A stretch of 64,000 bases of DNA. It comes from an uncultured Gemmatimonadales bacterium (GTDB lineage: Bacteria > Gemmatimonadota > Gemmatimonadetes > Gemmatimonadales > GWC2-71-9). Under the pieces are notes generated by a model that was not told where the DNA came from, did not search any database, and worked only from the letters and a program-made list of their open reading frames with translations. The position numbers and the translations under genes were made by a program. Positions 18,250 through 28,354 of this stretch are shown piece by piece (the first letter of the stretch is position 1; each line of letters begins with the position of its first letter). The stretch spans positions 448,001 to 512,000 of the forward strand of contig CAWHFW010000005.1 in the NCBI GenBank assembly GCA_963828735.1. The letters are read 5' to 3'.

Positions 18250-21200
18250 ATGGGACTCTCCCGCTTCTTCATCGATCGGCCGATCTTCGCGGCCGTGCTG
18301 TCGATCGTGATTTTCATCTCGGGCCTGATCGCGATGTTCACGCTGCCGATCAGCGAGTACCCGGAGGTCGTGCCGCCCTCGGTCGTGGTCCGGGCGATCT
18401 ATCCGGGCGCCAACCCCCGGACGCTGTCCGAGACCGTCGCGACACCGCTCGAAGAGCAGATCAACGGCGTCGAGAACATGCTGTACATGCAGTCCCAGGG
18501 CACCTCGGACGGCGTGCTCACGCTCACCGTGACCTTCCGGGTCGGCACCGACGTGGACCTGGCGCAGGTGCAGGTGCAGAACCGCGTGAGCCAGGCCCTG
18601 CCCCGCCTGCCGGAGGAGGTGCGCCAGCTCGGCGTCACCACCGTCAAGAGCTCGCCCAACTTCATCATGGTGGTGCACCTCGTCTCGCCCGATAACCGGT
18701 ATGACGTCGTGTACCTGCGGAACTACGGGCTGCTGCAGGTCAAGGACGTGCTGGCCCGGATCCCCGGCGTGGGGCAGGTCCAGGTGTTCGGCGGCGGCGA
18801 CTATGCCATGCGGGTGTGGCTCGATCCCGGCAAGGTGGCGTCCCGCGGCTTGACCGCGAGCGACGTGGTGAGCGCCATCCGTGAACAGAACGTGCAGGTC
18901 GCGGCCGGCGTGGTCGGGGCCCCCCCGATGCCCGTACCGGTCGATTACACGCTCAGCGTGAACGCCCGCGGCCGCCTGCTCGACGAGAAGGAGTTCGGCG
19001 ACATCATCCTCAAGACCGGCGAGAACGGGGAGATCACGCGGCTCCGCGACGTGGCGCGCCTCGAGCTCGCGGCCGGAGACTACGCGCTCCGCTCGTTGCT
19101 GAACAATCGGGAGGCGGTCGGCATCGGCATCTTCCAAGCGCCGGGATCCAACGCGCTCCAGCTCTCCACCACCGTCCGCCAGACGATGGAAGGGCTCAAA
19201 AAGAACTTCCCGGAGGGCGTGGAGTACCGGATCGTCTACGACCCGACGACCAACGTGCGGGACGGGATCCACGAGGTGGTGAAGACGCTGTTCGAGGCGA
19301 TCCTGCTGGTCGTCCTCGTGGTGGTGCTGTTCCTCCAGACCTGGCGCGCCTCCATCATCCCGCTGGTGGCGGTACCGATCTCGATCGTGGGCACGTTCGC
19401 CATCCTGCTGGGCTTCGGCTTCTCGATCAATACGCTGTCGCTGTTCGGGCTGGTGCTTGCCATCGGCATCGTGGTGGACGACGCAATCGTCGTGGTCGAG
19501 AACGTCGAGCGCAACATCGAGGCCGGCCTTTCGCCGCGGGACGCGTCGCACAAGGCCATGGAAGAGGTGAGCGGGCCGATCATCGCCATCTGCCTGGTGC
19601 TCTGCGCCGTGTTCGTGCCGGTGGCGTTCCTCAGCGGCCTGACGGGCGAGTTCTACCGCCAGTTCGCGCTCACGATCGCCTTCTCGACCGTCATCTCGGC
19701 CTTGAACTCGCTCACGCTGAGCCCCGCCCTGAGCTCCATCCTGCTCAGGAGCCGCGAGGCGCCGCCCGACCGGCTCACGCGGCTTCTCGATCGGAGCCTC
19801 GGGTGGATCTTCCGTCCCTTCAACCGGGGCTTTCAACGCGCGTCGACAGCCTACGGCCACGGCGTGGCACGGGTCATCCGGACGGGAGGTATCGCGCTCG
19901 CGGTGTACGCCGGGCTGCTGGCGCTCACGTTCGTGGGCTTCAACAAGGTGCCGCACGGGTTTGTGCCCACCCAGGACAAGCAGTACCTCGTGGCGTTCGC
20001 GCAGCTGCCCGACGCCGCGACGCTCGACCGCACCGAGAAGGTCATGCGCCAGATGGCCGATATCGGCGGCCACGAACCCGGCGTCGCCAACTCGGTGCAG
20101 TTCCCCGGGCTTTCGATCAACGGCTTCGTCAACTCGCCGAATGCCGGCATCGTGTTCTTCCCGCTCACGCCGTTCGACGAGCGCAAGAGCAAGGCGGAAT
20201 ACGGGCTCACGCTCGCGGGGACGCTCAACGGCAAGTTCTCGAGCGTTCAGGATGCGTTCGTGGCCGTGTTCCCGCCCCCGCCCGTCAACGGCCTGGGCCA
20301 GGTTGGCGGGTTCAAGCTCATGGTTGAGGACCGCGCCGGCCTGGGAGAGGCGGCACTCAACGACGCCACTCAGGCGCTGATCGGGCGGGCGTACCAGACC
20401 CCCGAGCTCGCCGGCGTGTTCACCAGCTACCGGATCAACGTTCCCCAGCTCGAGGTCGTGGTCGACCGCGAGAAAGTGAAGCAGGAGGGGATCTCGCTCA
20501 CCGATCTCTTCCAGACGATGCAGGTGTACCTGGGCTCGGTGTACGCCAACGACTTCAACCGCTTCGGCCGGACGTACCAGGTCAAGGTGCAGGCCGACGC
20601 GCAGTACCGCGCCACCGCCGACAACATCACGCAGCTCAAGGTGCGGAACGCGGCGGGCGCCATGGTGCCGCTTGGCTCGGTCGTGCAGGTCCGGGAATCG
20701 CACGGGCCCGACCAGTCCCTCCGGTACAACGGATACCCGGCGGCCGACATCAACGGCGGCCCGGCGCCCGGCTTCAGCTCGGGGCAGGCCGAGGCCGCAA
20801 TCGAGCGGATCGCGGCCGAGGTGCTGCCCAACGGCATCGGCTATGAGTGGACCGACCTCAGCTACCAGCAACGCCTGGCCGGCAACAGCGCGATTTTCGT
20901 GTTCCCGCTGTGCGTGCTGCTCGCGTTCCTGGTCCTCGCGGCGCAATACGAGAGCTGGTCGCTACCGCTCGCGGTTATCCTGATCGTCCCCATGTCGCTG
21001 CTCTGCGCCATCACGGGCGTGTTTCTCACGAAGGGCGACAACAACATCTTCACGCAGATCGGGTTCCTCGTGCTCATCGGCCTGGCCTGCAAGAACGCGA
21101 TTCTGATCGTCGAGTTCGCGCGCGAGCTCCACATGCGGGGCCGGTCCGCCGTCGAAGCGGCGCTCGAGGCCTGCCGCATCCGGCTTCGGCCCATCCTCAT

Positions 21201-21435
21201 GACGTCGTTCGCGTTCATCATGGGCGTGCTCCCGCTGGTGTTCTCGAGCGGGGCCGGCGCCGAGATGCGGCACGCGATGGGCGTGGCGGTGTTCTCGGGC
21301 ATGCTTGGCGTGACCTTCTTCGGCCTCGTGCTCACGCCGGTGTTCTACGTCGTCATCTCGCGCATCGTCGAGCGCCGGCAGCGCTCGAGCACAACGCCTA
21401 CCGAGCGGCCGGCCGCGGAGGCGATCCATGCGTAG
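18250..21435 (+). CDS. RND efflux permease (HAE1, MexF/BepE-like)
   Basis: FFIDRPIFA, GIVVDDAIVVVEN, KNAILIVEF, RLRPILMT motifs. Confidence 0.97.
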   Translation: MGLSRFFIDRPIFAAVLSIVIFISGLIAMFTLPISEYPEVVPPSVVVRAIYPGANPRTLSETVATPLEEQINGVENMLYMQSQGTSDGVLTLTVTFRVGTDVDLAQVQVQNRVSQALPRLPEEVRQLGVTTVKSSPNFIMVVHLVSPDNRYDVVYLRNYGLLQVKDVLARIPGVGQVQVFGGGDYAMRVWLDPGKVASRGLTASDVVSAIREQNVQVAAGVVGAPPMPVPVDYTLSVNARGRLLDEKEFGDIILKTGENGEITRLRDVARLELAAGDYALRSLLNNREAVGIGIFQAPGSNALQLSTTVRQTMEGLKKNFPEGVEYRIVYDPTTNVRDGIHEVVKTLFEAILLVVLVVVLFLQTWRASIIPLVAVPISIVGTFAILLGFGFSINTLSLFGLVLAIGIVVDDAIVVVENVERNIEAGLSPRDASHKAMEEVSGPIIAICLVLCAVFVPVAFLSGLTGEFYRQFALTIAFSTVISALNSLTLSPALSSILLRSREAPPDRLTRLLDRSLGWIFRPFNRGFQRASTAYGHGVARVIRTGGIALAVYAGLLALTFVGFNKVPHGFVPTQDKQYLVAFAQLPDAATLDRTEKVMRQMADIGGHEPGVANSVQFPGLSINGFVNSPNAGIVFFPLTPFDERKSKAEYGLTLAGTLNGKFSSVQDAFVAVFPPPPVNGLGQVGGFKLMVEDRAGLGEAALNDATQALIGRAYQTPELAGVFTSYRINVPQLEVVVDREKVKQEGISLTDLFQTMQVYLGSVYANDFNRFGRTYQVKVQADAQYRATADNITQLKVRNAAGAMVPLGSVVQVRESHGPDQSLRYNGYPAADINGGPAPGFSSGQAEAAIERIAAEVLPNGIGYEWTDLSYQQRLAGNSAIFVFPLCVLLAFLVLAAQYESWSLPLAVILIVPMSLLCAITGVFLTKGDNNIFTQIGFLVLIGLACKNAILIVEFARELHMRGRSAVEAALEACRIRLRPILMTSFAFIMGVLPLVFSSGAGAEMRHAMGVAVFSGMLGVTFFGLVLTPVFYVVISRIVERRQRSSTTPTERPAAEAIHA

Positions 21436-22921
21436 GAACCTCCTCATTCTCGCGACCCTCGCGCTCCCCGGCTGCTCGAGCGCGCCGGGGTACCGGCCGT
21501 CGCCCGTCGCCGTGCCGGCCGAGTTCCGCGAGAAGGCGCGGGACACCACCACGGCGGAGCTTCCGCCGCCGACAACCCCCGACACCGGCGTCCAGGTGGT
21601 TCCGGTCGCTCCTGAGCGAACGGCAGCCGGGACCGTGGACGTCACCACCTACTGGCACGCGCTCGGGGACACGACGCTCGATCGCCTGATGACCGAGGCG
21701 CTGGGCGCCAATCTGGACATCCACGCGGCCCTGGCGCGTGTGCGCGGGGCACGCGCGGCTCGTACGGAGACCGCGCTCGACCTGGCGCCGACCGTCGTCG
21801 CGGTCGGCGGATATACGCGGCAGCGGCTCTCCTCGGCCACGTTCCCGATCAGCGGCGGGGCGCCGTTCCCGGACCAGAACATCTGGGACGTCGGGTTCGA
21901 CGCGTCGTGGGAGATCGACCTGTTCGGCCGGGTCCGGCACAACGTGCAGGCGCAGGGCGCGCTGGTCGGCGCGGCCGACGAGGACCTGCGCGATGTGCAG
22001 GTGGTCCTCACTGCGGAGCTTGCGCGGACCTACTTCGAGCTGCGCGGCGCGCAGGAACGGCTGGCCGTGGCCCGGCGTAACGGCGACAACCAGCGCCGCA
22101 CGCTCGAGGTCACGCAGCAGCGGCTGGATGCCGGGCGCGGCACGGCGTTCGATACCGAACGGGCCCGCACGCAGCTCGGGTTCACGCTGGCGTCGATCCC
22201 CTCACTCGAGGCTCAGGTCGCCTCGTCGCAGTACGCCATCGGGGTCCTGGTCGGCCGGTCTCCGGCCGCGGTAGCGGTGGAGCTCGCACCCGTCGCGGCC
22301 GTTCCGGCGTTGCCCGCGGACGTGGTGGTCGAGCGCGCCGACTCGCTCGTGCGCCGCCGGCCGGACGTGGCCTCGGCCGAGCGTCAGGCGGCGGCGGAGC
22401 ACGCGTTCGTCGGCGCGGCGAAGGCGGATTACCTGCCGCGCATTACCCTCAGCGCGACCGCGGGCTACACCGCCGACGAGCTCGGCCGCATCAGCGACGA
22501 GGGCACCTCACGCTACGCCGTCGGGCCGATCGTCACCTGGCCGTTTCTCAACCTGGGCCGCGTGCGGGCGCGCGTCGATGAGAGCCGCGCGCGCGCCGAG
22601 GAAGCGGACGCGCGGTATACCCAGACCGTGCTGCGGGCCCTCCAGGAAGTCGAAACGGGACTCTCGCGATACCGGACGTCGCGCGCGCGGGTCGAGCGGA
22701 TCCGCGACGCCGCGGCGGCGAGCGCCCGCGCCTCGGATCTCGCCCGCCTCCGATTCGAGGGCGGCGTGGCGGACTTCCTGGAGGTCCTGGACGCCGAGCG
22801 AACGCAGCTCGACGCGGAGGACCAGCTGGCGCAGGCGCACACGGATGCCGCGACGTCCTATGCGGCGCTGTATCAGGCGCTGGGTGGGCAGGTCCCGGCC
22901 TCGGGGGGTGGATCCGAGTAG
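21428..22921 (+). CDS. Outer membrane factor lipoprotein (NodT/OprN-like)
   Basis: Lipobox LPGC; WEIDLFGR, RRPDV, LYQALGG motifs. Confidence 0.95.
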   Translation: MRRNLLILATLALPGCSSAPGYRPSPVAVPAEFREKARDTTTAELPPPTTPDTGVQVVPVAPERTAAGTVDVTTYWHALGDTTLDRLMTEALGANLDIHAALARVRGARAARTETALDLAPTVVAVGGYTRQRLSSATFPISGGAPFPDQNIWDVGFDASWEIDLFGRVRHNVQAQGALVGAADEDLRDVQVVLTAELARTYFELRGAQERLAVARRNGDNQRRTLEVTQQRLDAGRGTAFDTERARTQLGFTLASIPSLEAQVASSQYAIGVLVGRSPAAVAVELAPVAAVPALPADVVVERADSLVRRRPDVASAERQAAAEHAFVGAAKADYLPRITLSATAGYTADELGRISDEGTSRYAVGPIVTWPFLNLGRVRARVDESRARAEEADARYTQTVLRALQEVETGLSRYRTSRARVERIRDAAAASARASDLARLRFEGGVADFLEVLDAERTQLDAEDQLAQAHTDAATSYAALYQALGGQVPASGGGSE

Positions 22922-23224
22922 GATTGCAGTAGTCGATCACACGTCGTCGCGCGGGATGGAGGCAGTAGTGGTCGTCATCTTCATCCCGGGCGACCACCTC
23001 GCGGCATCTGCGCCGTATCCGTGCCGTCCGCGATGCCCGCGCCCTTCGTCTCAGTCTCGCCCTCCCTCCATCGCCTCCCCGCCCGTGCAGCTTCCGCTCC
23101 CGTCAGCCACTGTCCCCTTTCGCTTCTGGCTCTCACGCCTCGATCACATCCGCATCCTCGACCTGAAACCCCTGAGCGCCACCCGCCCGTAGAGCAGAAG
23201 ACCCTCACCGCTTCCGGAGCCCGC

Positions 23225-24664
23225 ATGTGTGGTTCGACCGCTGTCGCCGTGGTCCTCGCGTTCGCCCTCGCACCAGGGGCCGCGGCACAGGCCTCCCGAG
23301 GTGCGCTCGCGACCGGCACCTTCGCCGTGACCAATGTCGCGGTGATCCCGATGACTCGCGACACGATCGTCACCGATGCGACCGTCCTGGTGCGCGACGG
23401 CCGGATTGTCCGGATCGAGCCAAGCGCGGCGGCCAAGCTTCCCAAGGGGGCGCGTCGCATCGACGGGCGCGGCAAGTACCTGATTCCCGGCCTGGCCGAC
23501 ATGCACGTCCATCTCTACTCGGACGAAGACACGCCCGACTCCGTCGCCCCAGCCGAGCTCGGCGTGATGATCGCGAACGGCGTCACCACGGCGCGACTGA
23601 TGATCGGAACGCCGGAGCATCTCGCCCTCCGCCGGGAGATCCAGGCGGGCCGCATGCTTGGTCCGCAGCTGTGGGTCGCGAGCCCGCAGCTCACCGGCCA
23701 GGCCACGTCCAATGCTCGAGTCGTCACGGATTCGGCGTCGGCGCGAGACGTGGTCAAGGCGCTGGCCGACACCGGATACGATTTCATCAAGCTCACCACC
23801 GACATCACGGTGCCCGTGTACGAGGCGGTGGTCGCCGAGGCCGCCCGCAACGGGATCCGGGTCGTGGGCCACGTGGATCCAAGAGTCGGCGTGGCGCGCG
23901 CACTCGCGGCGGGACAGCAGATCGAGCACCTCGACAACTACGTCGAGTCGGTGCTCGCCGACTCGGCTCCCTCGCGCGAGTCGGTCTCCGACCTCGGCGT
24001 GTTCTATCCGAAGCGGTGGCCGACGATCGATTACATCGACGACCGGAAGGTCGAGCAGATCGCCGGCGCCACGGCACGCGCCCGCGTCTGGGTCACGCCG
24101 ACGCTCACGATGTTCAAGGAGGCGTTCGGGCTCGGCCAGTCGGACTCGCTCATCCGGTCCCGGCCGGACTGGCGCATGATGCCCGCCGCCGAGCGCGAGC
24201 TCTATCTGGGCGCGCGGAACAGCTACTGGGCCAAGGCGCCGAGCGAAGCGCGACGCATGCGCTGGATCGGGGTGCGGAACCGGCTGGTCAAGGCGATCGC
24301 CGATTCGGGCGGCGGCATCCTCGCGGGGTCGGATACGCCCGAGTGGTTCCTGGGCTACGGCTTCACCCTCCACCGCGAGCTCGAGAGCCTCGTCGCGGCG
24401 GGCCTCAGCCCCTGGCAGGCCCTCGCAGCCGCGACGCGGAATCCGGCGGAGTTCCTCCACGCGCTCGGCGAGTGGGGAACCGTGGAGCCGGGGAAGCGGG
24501 CGGACCTGGTGCTCATCGCGGGCAACCCCCTCGAGCACATCGGCAATACCGCGCGGATCGAGGGCGTGGCGGTGGGAGGACGATGGCTGGCGAGGCCGGA
24601 GCTCGATCGCATGATCGAGACGGCGATGCGCGAACTCGGACCGCACGAGCGCGAGCAGCCCTGA
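23225..24664 (+). CDS. Secreted amidohydrolase family protein
   Basis: IPGLADMHVH, LAGSD, GTVEPGKRADLV motifs; signal peptide. Confidence 0.9.
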   Translation: MCGSTAVAVVLAFALAPGAAAQASRGALATGTFAVTNVAVIPMTRDTIVTDATVLVRDGRIVRIEPSAAAKLPKGARRIDGRGKYLIPGLADMHVHLYSDEDTPDSVAPAELGVMIANGVTTARLMIGTPEHLALRREIQAGRMLGPQLWVASPQLTGQATSNARVVTDSASARDVVKALADTGYDFIKLTTDITVPVYEAVVAEAARNGIRVVGHVDPRVGVARALAAGQQIEHLDNYVESVLADSAPSRESVSDLGVFYPKRWPTIDYIDDRKVEQIAGATARARVWVTPTLTMFKEAFGLGQSDSLIRSRPDWRMMPAAERELYLGARNSYWAKAPSEARRMRWIGVRNRLVKAIADSGGGILAGSDTPEWFLGYGFTLHRELESLVAAGLSPWQALAAATRNPAEFLHALGEWGTVEPGKRADLVLIAGNPLEHIGNTARIEGVAVGGRWLARPELDRMIETAMRELGPHEREQP

Positions 24665-24672
24665 GCAGTTGC

Positions 24673-26391
24673 TTACGGCGTGCCGTCGCCCGGACGCCGA
24701 TAGACGGTCCGCCCCTCCAGCAGCGTCCGCACGACTTTCGCCTCGTGAATCCGGGAGGCCGGCAGGTCGAACAGGTTCTGGTCCAGCACCACGAGATCGG
24801 CCAGCTTTCCCACCTCCACCGACCCCGTTTCCCGATCGAGATGATGTGCCCAGGCAGCGTTGATCGTGTAGAGCGCCAGCATGGTGGGGAGGTCGACCCG
24901 CTCCACGGGGTTCCACGGCCGCGTGACGGTGTCACCCGGCTCACGATGGGTGATGCCGACCTCGATGGCCTCGAGCGGATCGAGCGACGACACCGACCAA
25001 TCGCTGCCGCCCGAGACGACCGCACCGCTCCGGACCACGCTTGCGATCGGATACTGCCAGCGGGACCGCGTCGGGCCGAGACCGGGCTCCGCCATCTTCG
25101 TGAGATACTCGTCGCCGTTGGCCCAGCGGGCCTCGAAGTTGGCGACGACCCCCAGCTTCCGGAACCGCGGAACGTCGGCGGGGTCGATCACCTGCAGGTG
25201 CGCGATGGCGTCGCGGCGATCGCGGGGGCCGTTGACCGCCGCGGCGTGCTCGAACGCGTCGAGCGTCATCCGGATGGCGCGATCGCCGATGGCGTGCACG
25301 TGGATCTGGAAGCCGTCGCGGTCGAGCGCGGCCGTGAGGGTGTCCAGCGTCGCCTGGTCACGTACGGGCTCGCCGGCGTCGCCGTGCCGGTCCAGGTAGG
25401 GCGCAAGCATCGCGGCAGTCCGGGTCTCGATGACCCCATCCTGGAACAGCTTCACCGCGACCGGTCGAACGTGTGGCGTCGCGTACCGGGCACGCCAGTC
25501 GCGGAGCCGCGCGAGCATCGTGTCGCCCCCGCCCGAGGCGGTCAGCGCGGCGATCACGCGAAGCCCGAGCCGGCCCGCGCGGTCGGCGTCCGCAAAGGTG
25601 CGGAGCTCATCCTCGCCGGTGTTGGCGGCGAAGATCGTGGTGATGCCGAACGAGTGGGCCAGCCGCTGCGCGCGCTCGAGCCCGTCGGAGAGCTCGGCGG
25701 CGGTCGGGGTGGGCACCACGGAATCGAGCAGATCGCCCGCCGACTCGCGCAGTGTGCCGGTCGGCTCGTGGGTGCGCGGATCGCGCTCGATGCGCCCGCT
25801 CGGCGGGTCGGGGGTATCGCGCGTGATGCCGGCGAGGGCGAGGGCGCGGGAGTTGGCCCAGGCGGAATGCCCGTCGCCAGACCAGAGGAGCGCGGGCCGG
25901 TCGGGGACCAGGCTGTCGAGCAGCTCCTTCCGGGGGTTCGCCTGGGGAAAGTAGGGGAGCTGCCAGCCCGAACCGCGAACCCACGGCAGCGTCGGGTGCG
26001 CCGCGGCATACGCGCGGATCGTGCTCAGCACCTCGGCGGCGCTCGCCGCATCATTGAGATCGCACAGGCCCAGGTCCACGCCGCTCTCGACCAAGTGTAC
26101 GTGCGCGTCCTGAAAGGCGGGGAGGAGCATCCGGCCGGCGAGGTCCACCACTTCGGTGTGCGGCCCAAGGACGCCCGGCGGGAGGCTGTCGGTGCCGACG
26201 TAGACGATCCGCCCGCCGCGGACGGCCACGGCGCTCGCCCAGCTTCGGGCCGCGTCGATCGTGTAGACGGCGCCGTGCCGGAACACGAGGTCGGCCGGGG
26301 GCACGCTCGGGGCGCCGCGCTGGACCTCGCAGGCCACGACCGTGGTCAGCCAGGCGGCGACAAGACCCCGGCGGATCACGCCGCCGAGCAC
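24673..26391 (-). CDS. Amidohydrolase_3 (YtcJ-like) lipoprotein
   Basis: PAFQDAHVH, HAIGDRA, IAHLQ, GSDW, GKLADLVVL motifs. Confidence 0.92.
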   Translation of the reverse strand: MLGGVIRRGLVAAWLTTVVACEVQRGAPSVPPADLVFRHGAVYTIDAARSWASAVAVRGGRIVYVGTDSLPPGVLGPHTEVVDLAGRMLLPAFQDAHVHLVESGVDLGLCDLNDAASAAEVLSTIRAYAAAHPTLPWVRGSGWQLPYFPQANPRKELLDSLVPDRPALLWSGDGHSAWANSRALALAGITRDTPDPPSGRIERDPRTHEPTGTLRESAGDLLDSVVPTPTAAELSDGLERAQRLAHSFGITTIFAANTGEDELRTFADADRAGRLGLRVIAALTASGGGDTMLARLRDWRARYATPHVRPVAVKLFQDGVIETRTAAMLAPYLDRHGDAGEPVRDQATLDTLTAALDRDGFQIHVHAIGDRAIRMTLDAFEHAAAVNGPRDRRDAIAHLQVIDPADVPRFRKLGVVANFEARWANGDEYLTKMAEPGLGPTRSRWQYPIASVVRSGAVVSGGSDWSVSSLDPLEAIEVGITHREPGDTVTRPWNPVERVDLPTMLALYTINAAWAHHLDRETGSVEVGKLADLVVLDQNLFDLPASRIHEAKVVRTLLEGRTVYRRPGDGTP

Positions 26392-26465
26392 GGGGTGACG
26401 CGCGATCGGGTCAACGGCTCGCGTGCCCCATCCTGGAGGGCGAGAGCGGAGTCGGCATCGCGGAG

Positions 26466-26735
26466 CTAGAGACCGAAGAACGCCAGCGTGTCGACCACGT
26501 TGCCCAACGTGGACGAGAGGACCGGATGGGAAGCCTCGAGGCGGCGCAGGGCGTCGGTGGCCCGTTCGCGAAGCGACGCGCTGAACTCGGCGTCCGCACC
26601 GGCCGGACCCGCCAGGGTCTCCAGGTCGCGCACCAGCTCCTCGAGCGAGCGCCGGGTGCCGGCCGGCAGTCCCTCGGCGCTCGCGAGCTGCGCCCGCATT
26701 TCCTCCACGACATTTCGAAGGCGGGGATCGGACAT
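26466..26735 (-). CDS. DUF4404-like small protein
   Basis: C-terminus RLEASHPVLSSTLGNVVDTLAFFGL is typical of the family. Confidence 0.75.
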   Translation of the reverse strand: MSDPRLRNVVEEMRAQLASAEGLPAGTRRSLEELVRDLETLAGPAGADAEFSASLRERATDALRRLEASHPVLSSTLGNVVDTLAFFGL

Positions 26736-26847
26736 GGTCCCATTATGCGGTGTCCGCCCGGCCCGCGCGAGCCCGGGCTTCCAATCCGGAGCCCTTCCGG
26801 CTAGCCTCATCCCCCGAACGGATGTCACCACGACAGGGGAACGACCG

Positions 26848-27444
26848 ATGAAACGGGGCCCAAAGGTCAGGATCGCGCGCGCGTTGGGCATCGCCCTCAC
26901 GCCGAAGGCGGCGCGGATCATGGAGCGCCGGCCCAACCCGCCGGGTCAGCACGGCGCGACCACGCGGCGCAAGGTGAGCGACTATAAGAAGCAGCTGCTC
27001 GAGAAGCAGCGTCTGCGCGCGCAGTACTACATCAGCGAGCGCCAGCTTCAGAACGCCTTCACCCACGCGACCCGGCAGCCGGGCAACACCGGTGTGCGGC
27101 TGCTGCAGCTGCTCGAGCTGCGGCTGGACGCCGTCGTGCTGCGGTCGGGCTTCGTTCGGACGATCTACGCCGCCCGTCAGGCGGTGGTGCACGGGCACGT
27201 GCTGGTCAACGGCCGGCGGGCGGACCGGCCCGCGCGCCGGTTGCAGCCTGGCGACACTGTGGCCCTCGCGGCCAAGAGCCGGGACCTCCCCATGTTCACG
27301 GTTCCGCTCGAGAACGCCCGGCCGGGCGCCCACCTGGATCTGGACCGCGAGCGCCGGAGCGTGCGCGTCCGGGAGATTCCGGAGCGGGAGCAGATTCCGG
27401 TACAGTGCGAGGTCTCCCTGATCGTCGAGTACTATTCGCGGTAA
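26848..27444 (+). CDS. rpsD: 30S ribosomal protein S4, lacking the Zn-binding cysteines, stand-alone
   Basis: GPKVRIARALG, PPGQHG, QLLEKQRLR, LELRLD, ARQAVVHGH, IVEYYSR motifs. Confidence 0.95.
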   Translation: MKRGPKVRIARALGIALTPKAARIMERRPNPPGQHGATTRRKVSDYKKQLLEKQRLRAQYYISERQLQNAFTHATRQPGNTGVRLLQLLELRLDAVVLRSGFVRTIYAARQAVVHGHVLVNGRRADRPARRLQPGDTVALAAKSRDLPMFTVPLENARPGAHLDLDRERRSVRVREIPEREQIPVQCEVSLIVEYYSR

Positions 27445-27489
27445 GACTCGGGCGCGGGGCGACTCGTCAATGTGCCCGGCTCGCAAACT

Positions 27490-27537
27490 CGAGGGATCTT
27501 CTCCGGACTGACCGTTCCTGTCCGGGCAGATCCCTCG
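27490..27537. repeat. REP-like nested hairpin between convergent genes
   Basis: CGAGGGATCT / AGATCCCTCG outer stem with inner TCCGGAC / GTCCGGG stem. Confidence 0.45.
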
Positions 27538-27570
27538 CTTCGTTGGGGCCGGTGACCGTGGACCGTCGCC

Positions 27571-28347
27571 TTACGCTCCGATGAGGGTGAGGGCGCGCCC
27601 GCGCTCCGGCCAGCATAGGCGTGGCTCGAGCCCGGCGCGCCTGAAGGCCGCCTGCACCTCCGCCCGTGACTCGCTGAAGTGTTCCCACCCCTCGAAGTGG
27701 AGCGGCACCACGACGGCGCCGGCGAAGGCCCGCGCTGCCTCCACCGCGCCGTCGGCGGTGAGCGTGAGCGGCCATGGGCCCACCGCCGCCACCTGTGCCG
27801 CGCCCAAGAAGAGGATCGCCGCCGCCGCGGAGTACCGGCGCGCCACCTCCGCCATCCCATCGTACCAGACGCTGTCGCCCGAGATGTAGACCGGAGCGCC
27901 GGCGTCAGCCGATTCGAGCACGAACCCGACGACCGGCCCGCGGTCGAGATGCTCCGGTCCGTGGCGCGCCGGGGTCGCCGTCACTCGCAGCGTCCCGCCG
28001 TCCGGCCGTGCCAGCTCCGTGGCCTCCCAGGGCTCGAGACCCAGGGCGGCTCCGCCGAGCCGCTCCGCCCCGGCGAGCGTGGTGAGCACGCGTGGCACGT
28101 CCGCGAGAAAGCGTCGCCCCGCGGCGTCGAGATTGTCGAAGTGGTGATCGTGGCTGAGCAGGACCGCATCGACCCGGCCGAGCGCCGCGGGCGCGATCGC
28201 GGGTCCTTGCGTCTTCCGGAGCACGTACGCGCCTGACCGGAACTCGGATCCGGGTGGATCGAACGTGGGATCGGTCAGGAGCCGGAGCCCGCCCCATTCG
28301 ACCAGCGCGGTCGGCCCGCCGATGTACGTGAGGCTGGGAGCGTTCAC
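27571..28347 (-). CDS. MBL-fold metallo-hydrolase (UlaG-like)
   Basis: LLTDP, SHDHHFDNLD, YISGD, PLHFEGW motifs. Confidence 0.9.
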   Translation of the reverse strand: MNAPSLTYIGGPTALVEWGGLRLLTDPTFDPPGSEFRSGAYVLRKTQGPAIAPAALGRVDAVLLSHDHHFDNLDAAGRRFLADVPRVLTTLAGAERLGGAALGLEPWEATELARPDGGTLRVTATPARHGPEHLDRGPVVGFVLESADAGAPVYISGDSVWYDGMAEVARRYSAAAAILFLGAAQVAAVGPWPLTLTADGAVEAARAFAGAVVVPLHFEGWEHFSESRAEVQAAFRRAGLEPRLCWPERGRALTLIGA

Positions 28348-28354
28348 GGGGCGG

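Noticed and set aside
17005..20946. 1313-aa - strand ORF (likewise 23227..26469, 32319..34763 and many others)
   Set aside because: Antisense or alternate-frame ORFs typical of high-GC DNA, overlapping well-supported genes.
22937..22984. Thr-rich leader peptide MKMTTTTASIPRDDV
   Set aside because: Points into a convergent gene; no attenuator or downstream target.
26488..26847. 120-aa N-terminal extension of S4
   Set aside because: Overlaps DUF4404 on the other strand; the RBS and S4 homology start at 26848.
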